A DNA stretch of 49,261 nucleotides from Puniceicoccales bacterium (GTDB lineage: Bacteria; Verrucomicrobiota; Verrucomicrobiia; Opitutales; JAIRKQ01), in NCBI GenBank assembly GCA_031258695.1, contig JAIRMM010000040.1, positions 1 through 49,261 on the forward strand. The letters run 5' to 3'. This document shows positions 9,383-18,600 of the stretch, piece after piece (the first letter of the stretch is position 1; every line of letters starts with the position of its first letter). A program made the translations under genes and the position numbers. The notes below the pieces were generated by a model. That model saw nothing but the letters and a program-made list of their open reading frames with translations, had not been told where the DNA came from and searched no databases.

Positions 9383-9992
9383 ATCGGTATTATGCCTGCA
9401 CGGCACTTTGCCTGACCATAAATTTTTTCAAAAAATACAGCTACCGATAATTGCGGCAGATGGGGCTGCAAATTATTTGGCAACGATGGGCATAATACCC
9501 CATATGATAATAGGAGATTTGGATAGCGTCAGGCAAGATTTGTTGGTCGACGGTAAGTTCATAAAACTTGGGGATCAAAATTCATCGGACTTTGAAAAAG
9601 CATTAAATTATTTGGAAAATAATAACCTTTTGCCAACTGTCATCCTCGGCATGGGTGGTGGATACATGGACCATATCCTAAATAATATCAATATTTTTGC
9701 CCGAACAAATTCTGTTTTCTTGGGAGAGGATATCATGGGTCTGATGCTTAGGGGAACCCACCTGTTTAACCTAGAAATCGGGACAAAGTTATCGCTTTTC
9801 GGAATTCCCAAATGTCGTATTACGACGAAGGGACTAAAATGGAACCTTAGTATGTCAGAATTGGTTTTTCCCGGATTCAACTCTTGCTTCAATAGAACAG
9901 CGCTGGAAAATATCCACATTCACGTAACAGCTGGGACAGCGCTGCTGATTGTTTATACATCGACCATAGTCGACGCAGGACTACAAGTCTAG
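9357..9992 (+). CDS. thiN: Thiamine pyrophosphokinase (thiamine diphosphokinase)
   Basis: Motifs are PIIAADGAANYL, IIGDLDSV, DQNSSDFEKAL and ILGMGGGYMDHILNNINIF. I prefer the ATG at 9357 over the TTG at 9339. Either start overlaps the 3' end of the SemiSWEET gene. Confidence 0.8.
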   Translation: MIVRLDEYRSVLCLHGTLPDHKFFQKIQLPIIAADGAANYLATMGIIPHMIIGDLDSVRQDLLVDGKFIKLGDQNSSDFEKALNYLENNNLLPTVILGMGGGYMDHILNNINIFARTNSVFLGEDIMGLMLRGTHLFNLEIGTKLSLFGIPKCRITTKGLKWNLSMSELVFPGFNSCFNRTALENIHIHVTAGTALLIVYTSTIVDAGLQV

Positions 9993-10086
9993 ATGACACA
10001 ATTCCCGAAGATAAAATCCGAGAATCCATCTGCAACAAAAAGTAAACAATTCGATACACCCATTTCGTCGTGTCGACACCTTTTAT

Positions 10087-10115
10087 AAAAAAGCCCCAAC
10101 TTCCGTTGGGGCTTT
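10087..10115 (-). terminator. Intrinsic terminator of the outer-membrane protein gene; the hairpin is shared with convergent thiN
   Basis: AAAGCCCCAAC-TTCC-GTTGGGGCTTT forms a perfect 11-bp stem. On the minus strand it is followed directly by TTTTTATAAAA. Confidence 0.75.
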
Positions 10116-10137
10116 CAAAGAATTAAAAACAAATTTC

Positions 10138-10935
10138 TTAGAATGAACAATCAATGGAAGCATTTACCCAGAGACTATTCTTGTGTCCTGGAACCACATC
10201 ACTTAAAGTATTTACCCAAGATTTTTTTTCCCCGGAATTTCCTTCATAGGCGAATCCAACTTTAGCCCTAGCATTGCTGTTAAGCTCATATACTAGGTCA
10301 GCACTTACGCCATAGTAGCCGTAGTTTTTTTTGCCAAAACTTTCCTGGTAAGTGTCCCCAAAAGGTTTATTTGCCCTATCAAATCCTACCTTAGCCCCTA
10401 GGTCAATTCCTAGGCCAGAAAATGCGTATTGGGACAGATCGACGTTATAGAATAGGCGACCTTCTACCGCCAATTCTTGACGGTCGAAATCATAAAAGAC
10501 ATATAAAGATGGTTCCCCTATAACATCCACAACAACCCCTCCATAAATTTCACTGGAGCTGTGCTTTATCTCTTCCATACCTTGAATATTTGGAATTGAT
10601 GGGTAAAAATGGTGCCTATACCCCCCATCCAATGTGCATATTTCAGCTACATCCCACAACACTCCAAGGTAGGGCGTAACTTGATTGAAAGCAGTCAGCC
10701 CATCGATGGCAATGGCAGTGTCGATCCCGACATAGGCATTGCACCCGTCGCCCACGGGACATCCTGCCTGTACTTTGGGAGTCAATACTTTATGAAACTC
10801 GTTACGACCACGAAATACACGCTCCGTCTGAAACGAAACGCTTGTCTCTAGGCTCCAATCCAATCCTCCTATATCTTCTGCGTATAGACCAATAGCACTA
10901 AGTATGCCAACGGCTATTCCTAATAGTTTTTTCAT
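10138..10935 (-). CDS. Outer-membrane beta-barrel protein (porin-like), family not assigned
   Basis: The start is at the ATG at 10935, giving the signal peptide MKKLLGIAVGILSAIGLYA. The sequence shows alternating aromatic/Gly beta-strand patterning. The C-terminus ...NASIDCSF ends in Phe, as in OM beta-barrels. Confidence 0.65.
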   Translation of the reverse strand: MKKLLGIAVGILSAIGLYAEDIGGLDWSLETSVSFQTERVFRGRNEFHKVLTPKVQAGCPVGDGCNAYVGIDTAIAIDGLTAFNQVTPYLGVLWDVAEICTLDGGYRHHFYPSIPNIQGMEEIKHSSSEIYGGVVVDVIGEPSLYVFYDFDRQELAVEGRLFYNVDLSQYAFSGLGIDLGAKVGFDRANKPFGDTYQESFGKKNYGYYGVSADLVYELNSNARAKVGFAYEGNSGEKKSWVNTLSDVVPGHKNSLWVNASIDCSF

Positions 10936-11231
10936 AGATTTTCCTTTATTAAATTTAGTTTGTAAAAAAAACAAAATGCGACTCACATATTCCTCACGGA
11001 GGAGATATTGTCAAGCCTTTTTCTATTAAATTTTTAGAAAAAAATCCAAAATATGCGAAAAAAACCAAATGGCTATTTGGTTATTTCGTAAACTAAAAAC
11101 TTCCCAGGGGTGAAAAAATGGACCCCGGACATTTTCCGCAGTTTGCCAAAAACTTTTGCTCCCCTCAAAAATTGGTGTCGGGGTATAAATCGTACATTAC
11201 CATTGAAATTTCCGTAAATTTTCATTTTTAT

Positions 11232-11720
11232 ATGCCAATGAAAAATCTACACGCCTATTGGCGAATGGAGTACGTGGAAGTTCCCCAATCGGAAAAAACA
11301 AAGGGTAAGGATCCATTTTTGGAAATTTCTCGGGAGGATGAAGCTACGTCATTGCTAATATTTAGGAGTCAATTGTGTTATTCGGCACTGAATAAATTTC
11401 CCTACAACCCGGGGCATGCCATGGTAATACCCTACCGTCAAGTTGCAGACATCCAAGATTTGACCGAGGAGGAATATGGGGATATCTGCCGGTCCGTTTT
11501 AAGGATGCAAAAAATATTGATCGATGCTCTCAAACCCGATGGGTTTAACATTGGATATAATCTGGGGGCTGCTGCTGGGGCAGGCATAGCAAACCATGTA
11601 CACTGCCATGTGGTTCCGAGGTGGGAAGGGGATACAAATTTTATGCCGGTGATAGGACAGACGAAAGTATTACCCATGGCGTTGGAAAAAATGGTTGCTC
11701 GATTAAAAACTTTCATTTGA
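11232..11720 (+). CDS. HIT-family nucleotide hydrolase/transferase (Ap4A phosphorylase/GalT-like branch)
   Basis: The histidine triad HVHCHVVPRW is present, together with NLGAAAGAGIANH and an N-terminal AYWRMEYV. The start is at the ATG at 11232; the upstream part of the ORF looks non-coding. Confidence 0.75.
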   Translation: MPMKNLHAYWRMEYVEVPQSEKTKGKDPFLEISREDEATSLLIFRSQLCYSALNKFPYNPGHAMVIPYRQVADIQDLTEEEYGDICRSVLRMQKILIDALKPDGFNIGYNLGAAAGAGIANHVHCHVVPRWEGDTNFMPVIGQTKVLPMALEKMVARLKTFI

Positions 11721-11772
11721 ACTTTTCAGTCGATGTTTCCTTAATCTTTTAATCCTTAGCAGAGAATCATCA

Positions 11773-14133
11773 ATGGTCGTAAAGAGATGGCAAGATAGAA
11801 TATTTGAAATGAGTTCTAACTCTGAAGCAACTCGCTTTGGGGATCGGTACCCGGTTTGGCAAAGGAAGACCATTGGGGTATTAACATTTTTGCTATTTTC
11901 TTTCGGATTTGCCCTCGTATCATTTTTTGGAAACAATTGTCTGCGCATCCAATTCGTACCAGGAAGCGTATCAAAATCTAGGGTTGTGGCAGATGTGGCA
12001 TTTGAGTATGAAAGTAAAATAAAGACGGAAAAGTTATATGAACAAAAAAGACACCAGGCCGATAATGTTTTCTACATAGACAAAAGATGTTACGATGATT
12101 TTGTCGAGGTTCTAAAGCTGCTCGAAGAACAAATAGAAAACTTTAACTACGAGCACACATTGACCAAATCGGGACGCAACGACATCAGAGAGTTTATCAA
12201 TGAATTTGTATCTTCCAACGTAATAAAGTTGGAGTGGCACGATATCGCCATACTGATAAGTTCTCTGACGCCCATCGATCGGGCACAGGCATTCCAAGAA
12301 TGCATATCCCTTTTGAGAGAAATAGCAAGGGATGGTGTTCTTTCCGGAGAAATATCGGCCAGCCTGAAGCAATTTCCGATGAGCTACTCGGGAATTAAAT
12401 TAAAAAGTGATAAGCGGCGTAACCTCCGCACATTGGAACAGGCTCTCCACTATGTCAGAATGCACCTGATGTCGATGGATGTCGACCAGGAAGTTGCGAA
12501 CATATTCTTTAACATCATCAAACAGGGCGTTAAACCAAACCTAGTGTTTGATGCCGAAGAGAGCAAGGCTCGGCTTGAAATGATTCGCAAATCGATCAGG
12601 CCGGTTCGAGTAAAAGTACGGCACGGAGACCTAATATTGGAGGGTGATACGGTCATTAACGATGAAATCCACGAAGCCCTGGTAGCGTATCAAAAAGCAC
12701 TGAAACAGTCAAATTATGTGGGCTGTGGGTTTTATAGGGATTTCTATACCAAAATGCTCCAGGGGATGATTGCGCTCTATGTCGCAATGGTCCTTCTGCG
12801 AATTTTGCGAAAAAACAAAACCTTCAATCTGAAAACTTTGGTGGGATGTGGCATACTAACAATGGCTCAATTGCTATTCCTTAGAATATTTCTTCAAATT
12901 GGAAACCATGAGGTATTTTTAAAACATTTCACCCTCCTTAACTGTATCCCGTTTTGTTTACCCATACTATGGGCTTCCGGCATTACAATATTGCTCTATG
13001 GTTTCTCGGGTAGTGTGATTGTGGCTTTTTTTGTGTCGTTGTACTACACACTAATGATAGCCAAATCCATACACTTTTTTCTAATGTTGCTGACGTCTCA
13101 TTTTATCTTCCTTGCCTTTCTAAAGAACATAAACTTTAGGATAAAAATTATATGGGCAGGCATACTATCGGGTGTGATCACCGCCACACTTATGCTGGCG
13201 GAACATATATTTCCGATGACCATAAATCGGCTAATTCTATTCCAGAGTGGTGCGTCGATGATAATGTGCACGGGTTCTGGGCTGCTAACTGTCATGCTAT
13301 TTCCTATTTTTGAAAGGCTATTTTCTGTTTACTCCAACGTTACGCTTTTCGAACTGATGGATTATAACAATCAAATTTTAAAAAATTTACAAATTACAGC
13401 TCCCGGCACCTATAATCACAGCCTAATCGTGTCCAATATTGCAGAACAAGTTGCTATCAATTCAAATGCCAATTCAGTCCTGTGCAAAACGGGAGCATTG
13501 TTCCACGACATAGGGAAAATGGTGAAGGCAGCCTATTTCATAGAAAACCAAAATAATCAAATAAATTTACACGACCAACAGACTCCCTATCTTAGCACGC
13601 TCATAGTTAAAAATCATGTGAAGGATGGTGTCGCTCTGGCCAAACAGTATAAGCTGCCATCACCGATTATCGATATTATACAACAACATCATGGGACAAC
13701 GCTGATCTACTACTTCTATGAAAAAGCCAAGCATGATCTTCTGCTAAGCGCCGATACTGAGAACATGTCCGACGAAGAAATTAACATGCTCATAACCAAT
13801 AAGCTTGACGTTTCCGTTTTTAGGTACAATGGTCCACGGCCAAGGACAAAGGAAAATTTAATCGTCATGCTGTCTGACTCCATCGAAGCTGGCAGCAGAA
13901 GTCTAAAGCGGATAACCCATCAGTCCATCGAGGATTTGGTTAATATGGTTTTCGACATTAAATTAAATGATCATCAATTGGACGAATGTCCAATCACGTT
14001 CGATGAAATTAGGGAATTGCGAAAGATTTTTGCATCCATCATGCTATCCATGATGCATTCTAGAATTTCATATAAGGTATCGGAAGATAGTACGGGTAGC
14101 ACCGATAGCAACATTTACTGGAGAAGTGAATAA
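11773..14133 (+). CDS. 7TM-receptor HD-domain phosphohydrolase (YqfF/PgpH family, putative cyclic-di-AMP phosphodiesterase)
   Basis: 786 aa. The layout is an N-terminal TM, an extracytoplasmic domain, seven TM helices and a C-terminal HD domain (YNHSLIVSNIAE, LFHDIGK, QQHHGTTL, MLSDSIEA). It sits directly upstream of, and overlaps, ybeY, which is the classic arrangement. Confidence 0.8.
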   Translation: MVVKRWQDRIFEMSSNSEATRFGDRYPVWQRKTIGVLTFLLFSFGFALVSFFGNNCLRIQFVPGSVSKSRVVADVAFEYESKIKTEKLYEQKRHQADNVFYIDKRCYDDFVEVLKLLEEQIENFNYEHTLTKSGRNDIREFINEFVSSNVIKLEWHDIAILISSLTPIDRAQAFQECISLLREIARDGVLSGEISASLKQFPMSYSGIKLKSDKRRNLRTLEQALHYVRMHLMSMDVDQEVANIFFNIIKQGVKPNLVFDAEESKARLEMIRKSIRPVRVKVRHGDLILEGDTVINDEIHEALVAYQKALKQSNYVGCGFYRDFYTKMLQGMIALYVAMVLLRILRKNKTFNLKTLVGCGILTMAQLLFLRIFLQIGNHEVFLKHFTLLNCIPFCLPILWASGITILLYGFSGSVIVAFFVSLYYTLMIAKSIHFFLMLLTSHFIFLAFLKNINFRIKIIWAGILSGVITATLMLAEHIFPMTINRLILFQSGASMIMCTGSGLLTVMLFPIFERLFSVYSNVTLFELMDYNNQILKNLQITAPGTYNHSLIVSNIAEQVAINSNANSVLCKTGALFHDIGKMVKAAYFIENQNNQINLHDQQTPYLSTLIVKNHVKDGVALAKQYKLPSPIIDIIQQHHGTTLIYYFYEKAKHDLLLSADTENMSDEEINMLITNKLDVSVFRYNGPRPRTKENLIVMLSDSIEAGSRSLKRITHQSIEDLVNMVFDIKLNDHQLDECPITFDEIRELRKIFASIMLSMMHSRISYKVSEDSTGSTDSNIYWRSE

Positions 14134-14590
14134 ATTTCGTAGAAAAATCCAAATTTTTAATGGGGTGAGGTGGCTCGATTTCAACGGCGAAGAAATCTTT
14201 GCACTATTTGATGTGCTCGATTCTTCTCCGTTTAAAATTTCCGAAGGAGAGCTATCCATTGCATTTCTCGACAAAGAAACCATGCAAAATCTCCATTTAA
14301 AATTCTCAAATGATGGTACGCTGACGGACGTAATAACATTTGAAGGGGACCAAGGGATGAATTTCGCTGGAGAAATTTGCGTTTCCCCCGACTATGCTCA
14401 TGGCAATCACAAAGCATACGGAACAACATTTTCCGAAGAATTGAGTCTCTACTTGATCCATGGATATTTGCACATCTACGGATTGAACGATATTTCCCCC
14501 GACGAAGCAAAAAAAATGCGAGAGGGGGAGCATATCTGCATGGCACAGGTGAAAAATGCAAATGCACTGCCAACATTTTTAGCCCATTAA
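14126..14590 (+). CDS. ybeY: rRNA maturation endoribonuclease YbeY
   Basis: A GTG start overlaps the upstream stop by 8 nt. Motifs are ELSIAFLDKETMQNLHLKF, TDVITF and the metal motif HGYLHIYGLND. The third ligand position is Asp rather than the usual His. Confidence 0.8.
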   Translation: MNKFRRKIQIFNGVRWLDFNGEEIFALFDVLDSSPFKISEGELSIAFLDKETMQNLHLKFSNDGTLTDVITFEGDQGMNFAGEICVSPDYAHGNHKAYGTTFSEELSLYLIHGYLHIYGLNDISPDEAKKMREGEHICMAQVKNANALPTFLAH

Positions 14591-14634
14591 AATATTGCAA
14601 AATCATCGACCGTGGCTAATGTTTCCCCATTCAT

Positions 14635-14955
14635 ATGAGTAATCAAGAGGTAATTATTTCGGGGGTACGCGTTGATTTGACAGACTCTCTAAAGTCGGTG
14701 GTTCACGATAAAGTACACAAATTATTTAACCACGATGACAAAATCATCCGCGTTCGAGTAACACTTGAAATGTCTAAAAATAAAGCTCATCAAGACGAGT
14801 TTATCGCCCATGGGCACATGGACATCAGCGGTTCAGACATAGAGGCAAGGGCAGCAACGGAGGATTTGTATAAGTCAATCGATGCCATGGTTAGCAAACT
14901 TGACAGGCAGCTAATCGATGCCCATAAAACAAAGCAAGGGAAGCGGAAAAATTAG
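14635..14955 (+). CDS. hpf: Ribosome hibernation promoting factor (short HPF/RaiA family)
   Basis: 106 aa. The N-terminus VIISGVRVDLTDSLKSVVHDKVHKLFNH and the C-terminal DLYKSIDAMVSKLDRQL are typical of the S30AE/HPF fold. Confidence 0.8.
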   Translation: MSNQEVIISGVRVDLTDSLKSVVHDKVHKLFNHDDKIIRVRVTLEMSKNKAHQDEFIAHGHMDISGSDIEARAATEDLYKSIDAMVSKLDRQLIDAHKTKQGKRKN

Positions 14956-15216
14956 AGGGTGTTAGGAAAAATGTCCGGCCGACTACTTGCCCCCACGGCC
15001 TATGCAAATGTGGAATGCCACGAAATATAAATTTACGCGAATCTCAAAAAGAAGGAGCTAAATTGAAGGCAATATTTGCATCGCCTGCACCTTCCTCTTT
15101 TATTTGAATTTATGAGTCCTGACCCTAGGTTAAATCTTTCACGGAAAATTATAACTCGTAACAAATTCATGTCAAGCCCTAAATCCCTTAAATAATGGGA
15201 TTTAATGGTTTATTAT

Positions 15217-15289
15217 GTGTCCGAGCGTGTAATTGAGCCGATGTCTTCTAAGCCGAAGGTCGAGGGTTCGACTCCCTCCTGCCTCGCCA
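15217..15289 (+). pseudogene. tRNA-Ser-like remnant: D-arm-like segment, T arm, 3' acceptor strand and CCA, with no 5' acceptor strand
   Basis: GTGTCCGAGCG resembles a class II D arm. It is followed by a perfect T arm (GAGGG-TTCGACT-CCCTC), then CTGCCTC, G and CCA. The complementary 5' acceptor GAGGCAG is absent upstream and no 7-nt anticodon loop can be folded. Confidence 0.45.
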
Positions 15290-15540
15290 CCCTCAAAATC
15301 CATATAAATCCAGGCTTTACGGGCGATGAATGGGTTAAAAACGAAGTGTCGAAAAAAACTATTGCCGCAATATGGCCGCAAAAAACACGTCTTCAGAAAA
15401 ATAAAAGTTCGTTTTTGAGGAAGGAAATAAATGTTTCTTTGGATCCTTGCTTCGAATTCGTCCATGCCCATGTGCAGCTGTTTACCTATTTCCGATGTTC
15501 ATGGAATAATTCATTTTACTCCAAAAAATATTCGAAAATA

Positions 15541-15562
15541 ACAAACAAACAAACAAACAAAA
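15541..15562. repeat. (ACAA)5 tetranucleotide microsatellite upstream of the autotransporter gene
   Basis: acaaacaaacaaacaaacaaaa is read directly from the sequence. It lies about 75 bp upstream of the ATG at 15636 and is followed by a complementary T-rich run (tttgtttttttgtt). Confidence 0.9.
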
Positions 15563-15635
15563 GATTTGTTTTTTTGTTGACTTTGGACGGAAATTTAGGT
15601 AACCCTAGAAATAACAAACAAAACAAAGGGATAAA

Positions 15636-18600
15636 ATGGGAATAAATATACGTACGAATGGACGAGGAACCCTGTCGACTATCAAGAAAGTTTTGGAAGC
15701 GGGGTCCACTGACAACTCTAAGACCATGGGAGAGGGGATAAAAAAGTGTCCGTTTTGGAAGAATAACATCAAAGGACACATGGCAAGGCTACACGGCTGG
15801 TGGAGCGATATATTTAAAAAAATACTGTCACCGGTAAAAGGCATTGGTGGTCTTTTCTGCCACAGGAAAAAGACAGGGCCGGCGGTCCGTAGGCGGTCTG
15901 TACTGCGGTCGACGGTGATAGGGGCATTGCTTCTCCTATGCTCTTCTTTTTTAACGCCAATCTCTTCCGTCCATGGCACAAACCTCGAGGTTGTTGGGAC
16001 CAAAGTGTTCAAAAAAGGATTCTTCTCTAGCGAAGAAATCCCCCTAACTCCTGAAAGTAACATAGGCGACCAGAATGATATAGATATGTTAAGGGTACAT
16101 GACGGCAACATGGAAGTAAATAACATATCATTAGAGAGGATGTCATTGTCAGGCGGTGATAGGGGAAGGTCCGGTGTGGTGGCGAAAGATTCCATATCCG
16201 TGAAAGGAAAGATGACCTATGGAACTGATGTCTCCCTGACAGCAGGAAAAGATATATCCGCAGGATTTATGGAGTGTCAACATGGCAATGTCTCCCTGAC
16301 AGCAGGAAAAGATATATCCATGGGAATTATGTACCACTATCCACATGGCAATGTCTCCATGACAGCAGGAAAAGATATATCCATGGAAGCATTGAAGGGA
16401 AAGGGATCTGAAAGGGAAAGAACCGAAATCCGTATGGAAGCAAAAAATATATCCGTGGAAAAAGATATATATCATGTCAACAACATACACTTGAAAGCAG
16501 ACGAAAAAACAGGCCAAATATCCGTAGGGGGAAACCTCATGGGAGACTGTTCCGGCGGTGTCGTTATGGTAGCAAGTAAAGTATCCGTGGATGGAAATAT
16601 AAACGAACGTGGGGCTAGAACCGGCAATATAACAGCAGCAAATTCCATATCCGTGAAAGGAGATATGAACTATCAATCTAACAATGTCTCCCTGCAAGCA
16701 GGAGAAATATTCGTAGGAAAAGATGCGACGTTCGTGAACCATGACGGCGAGGACACCAATATAGTAGTAACAAATTCCATATCTGCAAAAGGAAGTATGA
16801 AGCTTGCCGGGGACAATGCCTCCTTGAAAGCAAAAACAGTATCCGTAGGGAAAGACATGACGTTCGAGGGCCACAGCGGTGGTGTCGATGTGGTGGCGGA
16901 AGATTTAATATCCGCAGATGAAAATATGAAGCTTTTGGGTAGTAGAAACACCAACGGCAATGTCTTCTTGCATGCAGGAAAAGTATTCGTAGGAAAAGAC
17001 ATGACGCTCGAGGGCCGCAGCGGTGGTGTCGATGTGGTGGCGAAAGATTTAATATCCGTGGAAGGAAATATGAAGCTTTTGGGTGGTAAAAACACCAACG
17101 GCAATACTTCCCTGATAGCAGATTTCGTATTCGTAGACGGAAATATGACGCTCGAGGGCCGCAGTGGACGAGCAAGTGTGGTGGCGGAAGATTCCATATC
17201 CGTGAAAGGAAATATGAAGCTTTTGGGTGGTAATGGCAACGACGGTGGCGTAACATTGAGATCTAATACTCTTGTGGTAGGAAATATGATAGGAAATGCC
17301 AATAAGAAAAATACCGCAAATATAACGCTGACAAAAAGGAACGGTGCACTAAATTTCGATGTAAAAGACCTCATTGTTAACGAAAACTGCCATGCAAAAA
17401 TCTCATTGGATGGAACGGAAGCATGGAATAGAGCTACAGGAGATTCCTCTACCGGAGTGCACTTCCAAAAGCTTACCCTCCGCAGTGGAAGTACATTCGA
17501 TGGAATACGCACGGCAAATAATGCCCGGCACACATCCTTCAATACCTACATCTTTCAGGGAAAAGACATCACGTTTGAAGGCGATTTCTCGGGTAGTGGA
17601 AAACTTTTAAACTTCCAAATGCCAGCCGACATAGGGAATGCCCCCATGGTAACTGTTACCGGTGGTGCTTTTCTCAAAGGAAGTAGGATTAATGTCGCAA
17701 TCGACGGAGGGACTCCTATCCTTTCGGAGGGTAGCCGGATAATCCTAATGAAGGCAAATACTATGGAGACCCAAGATATTCCATTGACGTCAGACGCGTC
17801 CCCTGACTCCCTTTTCACCGATGGCGATGGCAAAAGATTGTCGACTGGAGCTGCCACACAAGGCGAAACCAAGCAAGACAATGTCTCCACGGTAGACAGC
17901 ATTTATAATGCCGCTACTAATGTTGCTAACAGTTTGAAGAATACTGCTGGTAATGCCGCTAACGGTTTGAAGAATTTTATCGGCGGCAACAATGGAACGT
18001 CGGAGACTGGAACTGGCGAAACTGAAACTCAACCTAATGGCAACAATGGAACATCGGCTAATTATGCAAATGAATCACTGGCTAATTATTCCAATGAATC
18101 GCTGATAACTGAAACTGACGGCACACAAAGTGGAACTGCGCAAGACCATATCCTCTCAATAAACAACGCTGGAACATCTAGTGGCAGCAAGGGACCTGAA
18201 ATTACTGTCATGCAAGGCGTAACTATGCAATACCCTTACTCCCTATCCGTCGATGGTGGTGCTTTGTCGATGGAGATAGCAGGTAACCCGACGCTCGCGC
18301 CACATACGAAAGCGTTTTCCGAAGGTGCCATCGCTGCCGTGGGAGCAGTAAATCGCGCAATCGATTTCGTCGCCGATGCGGGAATACAAAATTTCATGGA
18401 GCAGGGACGCATATTCACTGCGTTTTCCGGTGGAATGTCACGCTATCAGAGCGGTTCCCATGTCGATGCCAACGAATTTGCAGCCCTTATCGGTTGCGGA
18501 AAAAGGTTCGAAACATCCATGGGAAAATTTACGGCGGCAACATTCTGCGAAGGCGTATTCGGAAACTACAAAACACACAACACCTTTGCGGGTATCGGTG

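Noticed and set aside
14956-15289. A possible tmRNA (ssrA) gene ending in the T arm and CCA at 15261-15289, with its 5' end just after hpf.
   Set aside because: The 3' acceptor strand CTGCCTC cannot give the G3:U70 alanine identity pair. No matching 5' acceptor strand was found; GAGGGTG at 14955-14961 pairs at only 5 of 7 positions. No reading frame in between ends in a typical ...(L/V)AA tag. ARAGORN or Rfam should still be run.
15205-15645. A 146-aa plus-strand ORF and an 89-aa minus-strand ORF covering the tRNA-like remnant and the microsatellite.
   Set aside because: Their translations are low-complexity (KQTNKRFVF, NNKQNK). They span a tRNA-like sequence and an intergenic AT-rich region, and have no SD or motif.
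16149-17542. Long minus-strand ORFs (241, 289 and 192 aa) antisense to the autotransporter.
   Set aside because: They are repeat-driven shadow ORFs with low-complexity translations (runs of HGY, PPKSFIFP). They lie fully inside a much longer, motif-supported plus-strand gene.
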